Positions 11,998 through 22,141 are shown, numbered from the stretch's first letter. The stretch: DNA of 64,000 nucleotides from an uncultured Gammaproteobacteria bacterium (GCA_963729605.1 CAVSNY010000007.1:224001-288000), one strand, 5' to 3'. Numbers and translations are program-made. The notes: generated by a model not told the origin, from the letters alone.

Positions 11998-13752
11998 ATG
12001 CATATGGAAGGCTCTCAAATTAGAGCGCTGATGGTGATAGTGCCGGTCCTGCTGGCCGGTTGCGCCTCCCCTATGGCGGCCCGCGACGCGCTGGTCCCGG
12101 CACCGGAACCGGTGGCGGCGCCCGCTCCCGCTTCCGAATCCAAGCCAGTGGTCGTCACGGCGGTGGAGCCGGAGGTGATGTACCAAGTGCTGGTGGCCGA
12201 GGTCGCCATGCAGCGCGGCCAATATGACCTCGCCATTCAAAACTACCTCGAATTGGGGCGGATTACCCGCGACGTGCGCATGGCCGAGCGGGCGGCGCGG
12301 GTGGCGGTTTATGCCCACGACAATGAAAACGCCTTGCAGGCCGCCAAGCTGTGGGCTGAGCTGGATAGCGGTAATCTCGAAGCCAGGCAGGTTCTTAGCG
12401 CGCTGTATATCCGCAACGGCCAGCTCGAGGAGGCTCAGCGGCAATTGGAAGAAGTGCTGGGACTGGCGCCCGCCGGCGATGAGAACGGTTTTATGTTGAT
12501 CGCCGGCCTGCTGGGTCGCCAGCAAGATAAACAGGCCGCCTTGCAGGTCATGCAGCGGCTGATCGCCGACCGCCCCGACGACCCCGCCGCCCTGATGGCG
12601 TTCAGCCACTTGGCGGTGCGCACCGGGGCCTTGGATCTGGCCGAGGGCGCCATCAAGCGGGTGGTCGAGCTGCAACCCCAGCGGGTCGATGCCTTGGTGC
12701 AGCAGGCGCGGATTCTGACCATGCGCGGCAAGGCCGCCGAGGCCCTCGCCTTGTTGGAAGCAGCGGTCAAACAGCATCCCAAGGATGCCGACCTGCGCAC
12801 TGCGTACGCCCGCTTGCTGGTGGACGCCAAACAGTTCGAAAAGGCCTTGGATCAATTTAAAATCGTTAATAAACAAGTACCCAGCCAGCCTGAGATCTTA
12901 TTCGCGCTGGGTATGGTGGCCGTGCAATTGGAACGGGTGGACGAAGGCGAAAAATACTTGCTGGAGCTCAATCGCGGCAACCAGGCCTATGTGACGGAGA
13001 GCGCCTATTATCTGGGCCGCATCGCCGAGGAGTACCGCAAAGATCCCGATGCGGCCATCAAGTGGTATCGCCAGGTGGATCGAGGCGAGAGCGCCCTCGA
13101 GGCCCAAATCCGCATCGCCTACCTGATCGCGCAAAAGGGTGAGATCGACCAGGCCCGCGCCCAATTGCATACCATCACGCCGCGCGGCCCGGCCCAGGCG
13201 CTGCGCATCTATCTGGTGGAGGGGCAGTTGCTGCGCGACGCCGGCCGCAACGAAGAGGCCTTGGAGGTATTCAACGTCGGTCTGGAGGAGTTGCCCGACA
13301 ATACCGATTTGCTGTATTCCCGCGCCATGGTGGCCGAGAAGCTCGACAAACTCGACCTCATGGAGGACGACCTCAAGCGCATCCTGGCCCGCGAGCCCGA
13401 CAACGCCGATGCCCTCAACGCCCTGGGTTATACCTTGGCCGACCGCACCCGCCGTTACGACGACGCCATGGTGTATATCCAGCGAGCCCTGGAGCTGCGT
13501 CCCGACAGTCATTTCATCCTCGACAGCATGGGCTGGCTGCAATACCGGTTGGGTAATTACGAGGAAGCGGTGCGTTATCTGCGGCGCGCCCTCGAGGTGA
13601 ATCCCGATTCGGAAATCGCCGCCCATCTCACCGAGGTATTGTGGGTGATGGGTGATCAGCAGGGCGCGCGGACGGTGTGGAAGCAGGCCCTCGACGCCTC
13701 GCCGGGCAATAAATTCCTGCTTGAAGTCATGGATAAGCTCGATCATAAATAA
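11998..13752 (+). CDS. Tetratricopeptide-repeat lipoprotein
   Basis: LAGC lipobox, many TPRs (ALNALGYTLAD, LDSMGWLQYRLG); conserved position between hemA and lolB. The start codon is uncertain. Confidence 0.88.
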   Translation: MHMEGSQIRALMVIVPVLLAGCASPMAARDALVPAPEPVAAPAPASESKPVVVTAVEPEVMYQVLVAEVAMQRGQYDLAIQNYLELGRITRDVRMAERAARVAVYAHDNENALQAAKLWAELDSGNLEARQVLSALYIRNGQLEEAQRQLEEVLGLAPAGDENGFMLIAGLLGRQQDKQAALQVMQRLIADRPDDPAALMAFSHLAVRTGALDLAEGAIKRVVELQPQRVDALVQQARILTMRGKAAEALALLEAAVKQHPKDADLRTAYARLLVDAKQFEKALDQFKIVNKQVPSQPEILFALGMVAVQLERVDEGEKYLLELNRGNQAYVTESAYYLGRIAEEYRKDPDAAIKWYRQVDRGESALEAQIRIAYLIAQKGEIDQARAQLHTITPRGPAQALRIYLVEGQLLRDAGRNEEALEVFNVGLEELPDNTDLLYSRAMVAEKLDKLDLMEDDLKRILAREPDNADALNALGYTLADRTRRYDDAMVYIQRALELRPDSHFILDSMGWLQYRLGNYEEAVRYLRRALEVNPDSEIAAHLTEVLWVMGDQQGARTVWKQALDASPGNKFLLEVMDKLDHK

Positions 13753-13768
13753 TTTAAAGCAATTTTAA

Positions 13769-13918
13769 GGAATCGCTGATTTATTCAGGAGTTCCCGCGG
13801 CACACGGAGGCGCCGCCACTTTCAACGGCCGAGGCTGTTGAAAATGAAGGAAAGCGAAAATCACGTTCTTCGCTTTCCGCGCGCTGAAAATTCCCGAATG
13901 GAATTATTCAGACCTTTC
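13769..13918 (+). mobile_element. ~150 bp non-autonomous MITE with IS5-family-like ends and a TTAA target duplication
   Basis: TTAA|GGAATCGCTGATTTATTC...GAATTATTCAGACCTTTC|TTAA; homologous to copies at 27869-28019, 33947-34055 and 8107. Confidence 0.75.
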
Positions 13919-13942
13919 TTAAATAAACCGTAGTGGGGGTTC

Positions 13943-14560
13943 ATGTATATCGAAACCGGCGCGCGCCGGAGCGGATGGCTGCTCATCGTCATCACATGGT
14001 GGGTGAGCGCTTGCGCCAGCCTGCCGGCCCCGGTCTCCATTCCCGAAGAGGCCCGCCTCTGGCAGCAGCGGCAGGTTGATCTGTCCCGGCTCGATCATTG
14101 GGTGGTGAGCGGGCGCATCGGCATCCAAAGCGAGGATACCGGCTGGCATGCCTCGCTGCGCTGGCAGCAGGACGGCGAGGATTTTCGCATCGTGCTCAGC
14201 GCGCCTCTTGGACAGGGCTCGGCGCAACTGCGGGGGGGGCCGCAGCAGGTTGAGTTGATCATGAGCAACGGCCAGCGCCTGACTGCCGCCGACCCCGACA
14301 GTTTGCTGAATCGCGCCCTCGGTACGCCGATCCCGGTGTCGGGCCTGCACTATTGGGTGCGCGGTCTGCCGGTGCCGGCGTTGCACGCTACCCACGAATT
14401 GGACGGCCAGGGCCGCTTGGCGTGGCTGGAGCAGTCAGGGTGGCGGATCTCGTTCCGCCGCTACGAGGCGGTGGCCGGCCAGGACTTGCCCACCAAGATT
14501 TTTTTGGACAACGCCCAATATAAAGTGCGTTTGACCTTCGACAGCTGGATTTTGTCGTGA
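13943..14560 (+). CDS. lolB: Outer-membrane lipoprotein insertion protein LolB
   Basis: Lipobox; GRIGI, WQQ, LSAPLGQG, LHYWVRGLP, LEQSGWRI; synteny with ispE. Confidence 0.92.
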   Translation: MYIETGARRSGWLLIVITWWVSACASLPAPVSIPEEARLWQQRQVDLSRLDHWVVSGRIGIQSEDTGWHASLRWQQDGEDFRIVLSAPLGQGSAQLRGGPQQVELIMSNGQRLTAADPDSLLNRALGTPIPVSGLHYWVRGLPVPALHATHELDGQGRLAWLEQSGWRISFRRYEAVAGQDLPTKIFLDNAQYKVRLTFDSWILS

Positions 14561-15414
14561 GCCCCGCGACCGCCGCCCGCCGCTGGCCGGCCCCGGCCAA
14601 ACTCAATTTATTCCTGCACATCGTCGGGCGTCGTCCCGACGGTTACCACCTGCTGCAAAGCGTCTTTCAATTCCTCGACGTGGGCGATGTGATCAGTCTC
14701 ACCGTGCGCGACGACGGCCTGATCCGCCGCGTCACGCCTCTCGCGGGCGTGGCGGAAGACGCTGATTTGACCGTGCGCGCCGCCCGCTGCCTGCAAGCCG
14801 CGACCGAAACGTCCTTGGGTGCCGACATCGCCGTGGAGAAACGCCTGCCGATGGGCGCGGGCCTGGGCGGCGGCAGCTCCGACGCCGCCACGGTGCTGGT
14901 GGCGCTGAATCGATTGTGGGGTTTGAATTGCACGGAAGACCGCCTCGCCGACCTGGGGCTGACGCTGGGCGCCGACGTGCCGGTGTTCGTACGGGGTCGC
15001 GCGGCCTGGGCCGAAGGCGTGGGCGAGCAACTGACCCCGGTCGATCTGCCGGAACCTTGGTACGTGGTATTGGTGCCGCCTTGCCATGTGTCCACCGCGG
15101 AAATATTTGGGGCGCCCGAATTGACACGAAACGCCCCTCCCATCACAATAGCCGCCTTTCTTTCCGGGTCCGGGTCCAATCTGTGCGAAGCCGTTGTGCG
15201 GCGCCGTTATCCGGAGGTCGGAGAGGCGTTGGACTGGCTGCACGGGCATGCGCCGGCCAGGATGAGCGGCACGGGCGCGGCGGTCTTCGCGCGCTGCGCG
15301 GACGAGACGGCTGCCCGCCGCATCGCCGCGTTGGCGCCGGCCGCGTGGCGCGCTTTCGCGGCGAAAGGCCGCAACCGCTCCCCGCTCCACGAGATGTTGC
15401 GCAGCGAAGAATAA
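14557..15414 (+). CDS. ispE: 4-diphosphocytidyl-2C-methyl-D-erythritol kinase
   Basis: PAPAKLNLFL, KRLPMGAGLGGGSSDAA, LGADVPVF. Confidence 0.96.
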   Translation: MSPATAARRWPAPAKLNLFLHIVGRRPDGYHLLQSVFQFLDVGDVISLTVRDDGLIRRVTPLAGVAEDADLTVRAARCLQAATETSLGADIAVEKRLPMGAGLGGGSSDAATVLVALNRLWGLNCTEDRLADLGLTLGADVPVFVRGRAAWAEGVGEQLTPVDLPEPWYVVLVPPCHVSTAEIFGAPELTRNAPPITIAAFLSGSGSNLCEAVVRRRYPEVGEALDWLHGHAPARMSGTGAAVFARCADETAARRIAALAPAAWRAFAAKGRNRSPLHEMLRSEE

Positions 15415-15480
15415 ACGGGCGAGGATGAAAGCGGTGCCGTTAAGGCGGCCGCGTGTCTTGTTGAACGTGAATGTGTTTGT

Positions 15481-15555
15481 TGGGGTGTCGCCAAGCGGTA
15501 AGGCACTGGATTTTGATTCCAGCATCCCCAGGTTCGAATCCTGGCACCCCAGCCA
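15481..15555 (+). tRNA. tRNA-Gln (TTG)
   Basis: TGGGGTGTCGCCAAGCGGTAAGGCACTGGATTTTGATTCCAGCATCCCCAGGTTCGAATCCTGGCACCCCAGCCA; typical ispE-tRNAGln-prs location. Confidence 0.95.
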
Positions 15556-15677
15556 TTTATTGATGGAAAATCGTGATAAGCGCCTTTTATTGAGGCCGCG
15601 TATTGTGATGCCGGATGAATAGTCCAATGGGTTCAGTCGAGTCGGCGTTTGCCGCGGGCGTAGAAAGAGGGGTCGAC

Positions 15678-16631
15678 GTGCCGTACAACTCGATGCTGGT
15701 CTTCAGTGGCAACGCCAACCGGCAGTTGGCGGAAGACATGGTCAATTACCTGAACCTGCCGCTGGGCAAGGCCATCGTCGGCCGTTTCAGTGACGGCGAG
15801 ATCATGGTGGAGATCATGGAAAACGTCCGCGGCAAGGACGTCTTCATCGTCCAGCCGACCTGCCAGCCCACCAACGATCACATCATGGAATTGCTGGTGA
15901 TGGTGGACGCGGTGCGCCGCTCCTCCGCCGCGCGGGTGACCGCGGTGATCCCGTATTTCGGTTATTCCCGCCAGGACCGGCGGCCGCGCTCGGCGCGGGT
16001 GGCCATCTCGGCGAAGGTGGTGGCCAATATGATCAGCAGTGTGGGCGCCCACCGGGTGTTGACCGTGGACCTGCATTCCGATCAGATCCAGGGGTTTTTC
16101 GACATGCCGGTGGACAATGTCTACGCCTCGCCGATCTTGCTGGGCGACATCTGGCGGCAGAAATACCCGGACCAGATCGTGGTGTCGCCCGACGTGGGCG
16201 GGGTGGTGCGGGCGCGGGCGCTGGCCAAGCGGCTGGGCGACGCCGACCTCGCCATCATCGACAAACGCCGGCCGCGGCCCAACGAGGCCAAGGTGATGCA
16301 CATCATCGGCGAAGTGGAAGGCCGTACCTGCGTGCTGGTGGATGACCTGGTGGATACCGCCGGCACCTTGTGCGAGGCGGCGCGGGCGCTGAAAGAGCGC
16401 GGCGCGGTCAAGGTGGTGGCCTATTGCACGCATCCGGTATTGTCGGGCGCGGCGATAAAGAATATCGAAAGCTCGGTGCTCGACGAACTGGTGGTGACCG
16501 ACACCATCCCGCTCCGGCCCGAGGCCAAGGCCTGCACCCGTATCCGCCAGCTGAGCGTGGCGGGCATGCTGGCCGAGACCATGCGCCGTATCAGCACGGA
16601 AGAGTCGGTGAGCACCTTATTCATGGATTAA
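15678..16631 (+). CDS. prs: Ribose-phosphate pyrophosphokinase
   Basis: [41 protein letters not shown]; GTG start chosen after an AGAGGG RBS. Confidence 0.96.
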   Translation: MPYNSMLVFSGNANRQLAEDMVNYLNLPLGKAIVGRFSDGEIMVEIMENVRGKDVFIVQPTCQPTNDHIMELLVMVDAVRRSSAARVTAVIPYFGYSRQDRRPRSARVAISAKVVANMISSVGAHRVLTVDLHSDQIQGFFDMPVDNVYASPILLGDIWRQKYPDQIVVSPDVGGVVRARALAKRLGDADLAIIDKRRPRPNEAKVMHIIGEVEGRTCVLVDDLVDTAGTLCEAARALKERGAVKVVAYCTHPVLSGAAIKNIESSVLDELVVTDTIPLRPEAKACTRIRQLSVAGMLAETMRRISTEESVSTLFMD

Positions 16632-16746
16632 AACGAATTCGGCAGGCGGCGAGGTCGCGCGCCGCCCGCTGAAAATCCGTCCCCACTTTGAAAACGGGGA
16701 CGGCCTATGCTGCCCGAGGGCGGCTTTTATTTTTGGAGAGACGAAC

Positions 16747-17397
16747 ATGAGTACCAGTTTTGAATTAACCGCGGAATCGCGTACGGACATGGGGAAAGGT
16801 GCGAGCCGCCGCCTCCGTCGCGAAAGCAAAGTGCCGGGCATCATGTACGGCGGCGGCGGTGAGCCGGTCGCGCTGACCTTCATCCACAAAGACGTGGCGA
16901 AGAGCCTGGAGAGCGAAGCGTTTTACTCGCACATCCTCACCATCCACATCGACGGCAAAGCGGAGAAAGCGGTACTGAAAGACCTGCACCGCCATCCCTA
17001 CAAGCCCATCATCATGCACATGGATTTGCAGCGGGTGAACGAGACCGACAAGATTCACATGCACGTGCCCCTGCATTTCAAGGGCGAGGACATCGCCCCC
17101 GGCGTCAAGCTGCGCGGCGGCATCGTCAACCACTTGATGAACAGTATCGACATCTATTGTTTGGCGAAGGATCTGCCCGAGTACATCGAAGTGGATGTCT
17201 CGCCGCTGAACGTGGGTGAGTCGCTGCATTTGTCCGACCTCACCCTGCCGTCCGGTGTCGAAATCCCCGGTCTGGAAACGGGCTCGGAGCACGACCTGCC
17301 GGTGGTGGCCATCGTCCTGCCGCGCGCCGCGGTGGAAGCGGAAGAAGCGCCGGCCGCCGAAGCGGCGCAGCCCGAGGCGGGCAAGGCCGCCGAATAA
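16747..17397 (+). CDS. rplY: 50S ribosomal protein L25/Ctc
   Basis: GKGASRRLRR..VPGIMYGG, HMDLQRV; long Ctc form. Confidence 0.96.
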   Translation: MSTSFELTAESRTDMGKGASRRLRRESKVPGIMYGGGGEPVALTFIHKDVAKSLESEAFYSHILTIHIDGKAEKAVLKDLHRHPYKPIIMHMDLQRVNETDKIHMHVPLHFKGEDIAPGVKLRGGIVNHLMNSIDIYCLAKDLPEYIEVDVSPLNVGESLHLSDLTLPSGVEIPGLETGSEHDLPVVAIVLPRAAVEAEEAPAAEAAQPEAGKAAE

Positions 17398-17444
17398 GTC
17401 CGGTCTCCGGTCTTTAACGCAACATAACAACGAGGAGCCCGGCG

Positions 17445-18011
17445 TTGACGGAGGGCGTGAGTTTGATCGTGGGCTTGGGCAATCCGGGTGCCCGCTATCA
17501 AGCCACCCGCCACAACGCCGGGTTCTGGTTTGTGGAGGCCTTGGCGGCGCGGCGCGGCGTCACGTTTAAAACCGCGGCGCGTTATCACGGCGACGTGGCG
17601 GAGCTAAACGGCGGCTGGCTGATCAAGCCCGGCACGTTCATGAATCGCAGTGGCCAGGCGGTCGCGGCGCTGGCGGGGTTTTATAAAATTCCCGTGGCGC
17701 GGATTTTAGTGGTCCACGATGAATTGGATCTGCCGCCCGGCACCGCGCGGCTCAAACAGGGCGGCGGCCACGGCGGGCACAACGGTCTGCGCAGTCTGAT
17801 CGCGGATTTGGGCGCCGACTTCTGGCGCTTGCGGCTGGGCATCGGCCATCCCGGCCACAAGGATTTGGTGACGGATTATGTGTTGGGCAAACCGTCGCAG
17901 GACGACCGGTTATCGATCGAAGCGGCCATCACACGCGCGGTGGAGATCGTGCCGGCGATGATCGCGGGCGACCCGCAAGGGGCGATGCTCAAACTGCATA
18001 GCGGCGAGTAA
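17445..18011 (+). CDS. pth: Peptidyl-tRNA hydrolase
   Basis: LIVGLGNPG..Y..TRHNAGF, HDELDL, GGHGGHNGLRS. Confidence 0.96.
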   Translation: MTEGVSLIVGLGNPGARYQATRHNAGFWFVEALAARRGVTFKTAARYHGDVAELNGGWLIKPGTFMNRSGQAVAALAGFYKIPVARILVVHDELDLPPGTARLKQGGGHGGHNGLRSLIADLGADFWRLRLGIGHPGHKDLVTDYVLGKPSQDDRLSIEAAITRAVEIVPAMIAGDPQGAMLKLHSGE

Positions 18012-18116
18012 CCGGTACGCTCGTGAGGGTGAACCGGCGATAATGCGGCCGCTGGTTAAATCGATCAAACTCGCGCTACGCGAACCTTACTGCTACATTT
18101 TAAGTGGATCGAATTT

Positions 18117-19208
18117 ATGGGTTTCAAATGCGGCATCGTCGGCCTGCCCAACGTGGGCAAGTCCACCCTCTTCAACGCGCTGACCCAGGCGGGCATCGAG
18201 GCGGCTAATTACCCGTTCTGCACCATCGAACCCAACGTCGGCATCGTGCCCATGCCCGATCCGCGTCTCGACGAATTGGCCAAGATCGTCAAACCGCAGC
18301 GCGTCATTCCCACCACCATGGAATTCGTCGACATCGCCGGCTTGGTGGCGGGCGCATCCAAGGGTGAAGGCCTGGGCAATAAATTTCTCGCGCATATTCG
18401 CGAAACCAACGCCATCGCCCACGTGGTGCGCTGTTTCGACAGCGGCGACATCGTGCACGTCGCCGGCAAGGTGGACCCGCTCAGCGACATCGAAGTCATC
18501 AACACCGAGCTGGCGCTGGCGGATCTGGACACCGTGGAAAAGGCCGCGCACCGTGCGGCCAAAGTCGCCAAGACCGGCAACAAAGACGCGCAATTGCTGA
18601 CCGCTTTATTGGAACGCGCGCGCGCCCATCTCGATCAAAGCCGGCCGGTGCGCACACTGGAAATGGACGAGGACGAACGCCGCAGCCTGCGCGAACTGAC
18701 GTTGCTCACCATGAAGCCGACCATGTACATCGCCAACGTGGCGGAAGACGGCTTCACCAATAATCCCTATCTCGATAAGGTGCGCGAGCTGGCGGTGCGG
18801 GAAGGCGCGCAAGTGGTGCCGGTGTGCGCCGCCATCGAGTCCGAGATCGCCGAACTCAGCGACGCCGACAAGGGCGATTTTCTCCGCGACCTCGGCCTGG
18901 CCGAACCGGGCTTGAACCGGGTGATCCGCGCCGGCTACAGCCTGCTCGGCCTGCAAACCTACTTCACCGCCGGTGAAAAAGAGGTGCGGGCCTGGACCGT
19001 GGCGGTGGGCGCCACCGCGCCGCAGGCCGCCGGCGTCATCCACACCGATTTCGAGCGCGGCTTCATCCGCGCCGAAGTCATCGGCTACGCCGACTTCATC
19101 GCCTGCGGCGGCGAACAAAAGGCCAAAGAGGCCGGCAAATGGCGCCTGGAAGGCAAGGACTACATCGTGCAGGACGGCGACGTTGTCCACTTCCGCTTCA
19201 ATGTTTGA
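18117..19208 (+). CDS. ychF: Ribosome-binding ATPase YchF
   Basis: [41 protein letters not shown]. Confidence 0.97.
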   Translation: MGFKCGIVGLPNVGKSTLFNALTQAGIEAANYPFCTIEPNVGIVPMPDPRLDELAKIVKPQRVIPTTMEFVDIAGLVAGASKGEGLGNKFLAHIRETNAIAHVVRCFDSGDIVHVAGKVDPLSDIEVINTELALADLDTVEKAAHRAAKVAKTGNKDAQLLTALLERARAHLDQSRPVRTLEMDEDERRSLRELTLLTMKPTMYIANVAEDGFTNNPYLDKVRELAVREGAQVVPVCAAIESEIAELSDADKGDFLRDLGLAEPGLNRVIRAGYSLLGLQTYFTAGEKEVRAWTVAVGATAPQAAGVIHTDFERGFIRAEVIGYADFIACGGEQKAKEAGKWRLEGKDYIVQDGDVVHFRFNV

Positions 19209-19304
19209 CCAGAAAACCACCCGGCCAGTGAAAAGAGCGAAAAATGGCGTTATAATGCGCCAGCTTTTTTCGTTGTACGGCTAAATTTCCACGCAAGTCA
19301 ATTC

Positions 19305-19381
19305 GGCTACGTAGCTCAGCTGGTTAGAGCGCGGCACTCATAATGCTGAGGTCGGTGGTTCGAGTCCACCCGTAGCCACCA
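19305..19381 (+). tRNA. Elongator tRNA-Met (CAT)
   Basis: GGCTACGTAGCTCAGCTGGTTAGAGCGCGGCACTCATAATGCTGAGGTCGGTGGTTCGAGTCCACCCGTAGCCACCA; TATAAT plus a GCGC discriminator at 19251-19260. Confidence 0.95.
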
Positions 19382-19508
19382 TTTAGTCACCAAGAACTTA
19401 TCTCAATTAACCAACTTCACCACCTTCTGTCTGTGCCGAAAGTGTGACCGGCACGATTCGCTCCGCATGCTGCGCCAGGTGTATCGCCGAGAGGTGTGCA
19501 TAACGCCT

Positions 19509-19913
19509 CTATGGTGCGATCAACTCAAGATTGGGAAAATACGTTTTATAACGTCGCTTATCACGAGTCAGCAAAGTGTATCCGCCAATCGCCGCATGGG
19601 CACCGATATAAAAATCGGGAAGGGGCGAGCGCCGCGCGCCGCCGGCGCGGCGATAATTGACGAAGCACTTGCCGGCCAAAAAGCCCGCTTCCCACGGCAG
19701 AGCTTCACGCCGCAAATAATCCTCTGGCAAAGCGGCATCGAGCTCTTCAATGCGATCGAAGCCCACCGAGACTTCGCTGTAAATGATGGGATTGATAATC
19801 AGGACATGGGTCTCCGCAAGCATTTCCAGCTGAGTCGCGGACCACGAAAACCATTTTGGGTCCTCGTTAACAATGTCGAGGATCACGTTACTGTCCACGA
19901 GAACATTGGCCAC
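19509..19913 (-). CDS. vapC: VapC-type PIN-domain toxin
   Basis: VLVDSNVILD, IYSEVS, PLPDFYIGAHA, LLTRD. Confidence 0.92.
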   Translation of the reverse strand: MANVLVDSNVILDIVNEDPKWFSWSATQLEMLAETHVLIINPIIYSEVSVGFDRIEELDAALPEDYLRREALPWEAGFLAGKCFVNYRRAGGARRSPLPDFYIGAHAAIGGYTLLTRDKRRYKTYFPNLELIAP

Positions 19914-19920
19914 GGTAAGA

Positions 19921-20145
19921 CTAGCCCCGCGTGAGTGCCATGATCTCCTCGGTGCTCATGCGCTTGTTCCCTTTGCCGCGCATAAGGCTGACCAGGCGCT
20001 TGCCGCGCCGGCCCGGCTGCTCGGCCTTGCGCAACACGACCGTACCGCCGCGCATAACGAACTCCACCTCTGTGTCCGGGAGCAGCCCAGCCTTCTCTCG
20101 AATCTCGGCAGGAATGGTGACTTGACCCTTGCTGGTGATACGCAT
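19921..20145 (-). CDS. AbrB/MazE/SpoVT-family antitoxin
   Basis: MRITSKGQVTIPAEIREKAGL; directly upstream of the PIN toxin. Confidence 0.92.
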   Translation of the reverse strand: MRITSKGQVTIPAEIREKAGLLPDTEVEFVMRGGTVVLRKAEQPGRRGKRLVSLMRGKGNKRMSTEEIMALTRG

Positions 20146-20162
20146 GAAGATCGCTCCTTGGA

Positions 20163-20186
20163 AGTATTACTTCCAAAAGTAATACT
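20163..20186. promoter_or_regulatory. Inverted-repeat operator of the TA operon
   Basis: AGTATTACTT-CCAA-AAGTAATACT is a perfect 10-bp inverted repeat just upstream of the antitoxin. A TTGACT -35 lies on the minus strand at 20199-20204. Confidence 0.7.
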
Positions 20187-20381
20187 AGAGGCTGCGGCAG
20201 TCAAGCAGTGCGATTCAGGCCGTCGCCGCTACAGCCCCGCTAGCATCAATATGAGTTGTGTCATCAGTGTGCCTTCGCTTAAAGAATTGACCGAAATTTA
20301 CCGGCTATTACTGGCACATAAACCAAGCGGCAGCGCCGTAAGTGGCTGATTATTAATAAACAGCATATTTACAGCCTTGGA

Positions 20382-20427
20382 TCATAATGCTGACGTCGTG
20401 GTTCGAGTCCACCCCGTAGCTACCATT
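20382..20427 (+). repeat. Degenerate direct repeat of the tRNA-Met 3' end (attR-like)
   Basis: TCATAATGCTGACGTCGTGGTTCGAGTCCACCCCGTAGCTACCATT compared with tRNA positions 19338-19383. Confidence 0.85.
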
Positions 20428-20682
20428 ACCTTCCAGATCATCCCAACCCCAGCATCCCAAGGGAGCAAGAAAGCGGCCGCCAAATCCCGCGCATCGGGAT
20501 GTTTACCGTGGCGGCTTTGGACATGGATAAAAAATCCTGTACAAGAAAGCGCTATTTCGGTTTACTTGCCAGTCGCATAGATACTTAAACGCTCAATGGA
20601 ATGATCCATTAAGAACAATAGGTCGGTGGCTGATGAACGATTTCGCATGTGCGTAAGTTGTTTTCAAGTCGCGTGATCGACA

Positions 20683-20823
20683 ATGACTGAAAATCAGAAT
20701 CCCGAACAAAAAGCCCGCGACCGGATCGACAACCTGCCTGAGCCGGATGAGTTGGCGTTGGAAATCATCGAAAACCTGGAAGCGGGACTGAACAGCTTCC
20801 GGGGAATCGCGACGGCGTTGTAA
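20683..20823 (+). pseudogene. 46-aa chimeric remnant of a type I restriction-modification locus (HsdR N-terminus fused to HsdM C-terminus)
   Basis: MTENQNPEQKARDRID resembles type I HsdR starts. DNLPEPDELALEIIENLEAGLNSFRGIATAL resembles type I HsdM ends. Recognised from memory, not searched. Confidence 0.6.
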
Positions 20824-20881
20824 TCATTATTTTCAGAGATAATGACAACGCCATTATTAATTACCTTTAAGGAGATGGTGC

Positions 20882-21349
20882 GTGATAAAACGTATATTTT
20901 TTGTCCCGCTTGCGGTGGTGTTGACTACGGTCATTCCCGCCGTGAGCGGTTGTTCCGAATCAGTTGATCCCGATGTGAAGACTACTATGGAGGTGAGTAA
21001 CGTGGCGGAAATGATTAAGACGGACGTGGTTGTCGGCGAAGGCGCGGAGGCGGCGGCGGGGATGAATGTGTCGGTGCACTATACCGGTTGGCTTTACGAC
21101 GAGGCCGCGCCTGACCATAAAGGGGAAAAATTCGATAGCTCCCGTGATCGCGGTACGCCGTTCGAGTTTCCTCTCGGCGGAGGTCGGGTCATTAAGGGAT
21201 GGGATCAGGGCGTGGCGGGCATGAAAGTCGGCGGCCAGCGGATATTGACCATTCCCCCCGAGATGGGCTACGGCGCGCGCGGCGCGGGCGGTGTGATTCC
21301 GCCGAATGCGACCTTGATATTTGATGTGGAGTTGCTGGGCGTTCGCTAA
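20882..21349 (+). CDS. FKBP-type peptidyl-prolyl cis-trans isomerase
   Basis: [45 protein letters not shown]. The true start may be downstream. Confidence 0.94.
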   Translation: MIKRIFFVPLAVVLTTVIPAVSGCSESVDPDVKTTMEVSNVAEMIKTDVVVGEGAEAAAGMNVSVHYTGWLYDEAAPDHKGEKFDSSRDRGTPFEFPLGGGRVIKGWDQGVAGMKVGGQRILTIPPEMGYGARGAGGVIPPNATLIFDVELLGVR

Positions 21350-21586
21350 AAAATAATGAGATCAGTCTCGTCATGGCCGATTCTGCAAATTAAAGGGTGG
21401 GACGCTATCCATTATCCGCTGTGGCTCAGCGCGTTTTTGTTTAGAGCGCCCTCCGGCGTCAAGTAATATTGATTGGTTGATGCCGCGATCGGATTGCGCA
21501 GATCGGGGCTGGCTATCTTTGAGCGTGGTACCGACGCATGGACGGGACGAAATGGACGTTACCCTTGGCAGTAATTTCAATCCGGA

Positions 21587-22141
21587 GTGCTCCCCATGGG
21601 CAATTCACTTTTAGAGCAGTTGAAGAAAAGCGGCCTGGTTGATAAAAACAAGGCGCAGCAGGTCAAGCAAAGCCAATACAAAAATCAGAAGCAAAAAACC
21701 AAGCGGGGCGCGCCGGATAAGTTGGATGAAGTCCAACTGCTGGCCCGGCAGGCGCAGGCCGAAAAGCTTGAGCGCGACCGCCAGTTGAATCAACAAAAAC
21801 AGGAAGAGCTCGAGCGCAAGGCCATCGCCGCGCAGGTCAGGCAGTTGATCGAAACCAATCGCGTCAAAGAGCGTGATGGGGATATTGTTTACAACTTTGC
21901 CGACGCCAATGTGGTCAAGCGTCTGTATGTCTCGGAGCGGATCCATAAGCATCTCATGGCCGGTCAGCTGGCTATCGCCAAACTGGGCGAGGGCTACGAA
22001 CTGGTGCCCATGCCCGTGGCGGAGAAGATCAAGCAGCGCGATGCGCGGTGCATTATCCAGGCTGATCACGACGCCGCGCCCAAGCAGGACGGTGATGATC
22101 CGTACGCCGACTATAAGATTCCGGACGATCTGATGTGGTGA
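21587..22141 (+). CDS. DUF2058 (YaiL-like) protein
   Basis: SLLEQLKKSGLVD start and DDPYADYKIPDDLMW end. Confidence 0.85.
   Translation: MLPMGNSLLEQLKKSGLVDKNKAQQVKQSQYKNQKQKTKRGAPDKLDEVQLLARQAQAEKLERDRQLNQQKQEELERKAIAAQVRQLIETNRVKERDGDIVYNFADANVVKRLYVSERIHKHLMAGQLAIAKLGEGYELVPMPVAEKIKQRDARCIIQADHDAAPKQDGDDPYADYKIPDDLMW

Larger units (their letters stand above)
19338..20427. mobile_element. tRNA-Met-anchored mini genomic island (attL/attR remnant) carrying only a toxin-antitoxin pair
   Basis: The tRNA 3' half (TCATAATGCTGAGGTCGGTGGTTCGAGTCCACCCGTAGCCACCATT) is repeated with a few mismatches and indels at 20382-20427. No integrase is visible. Confidence 0.75.

Noticed and set aside
16676-16703. 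Hairpin CCGTCCCC...GGGGACGG between prs and rplY
   Set aside because: I saw only a single copy with no U-tract, so it cannot be assigned as a terminator, REP or leader from sequence alone.
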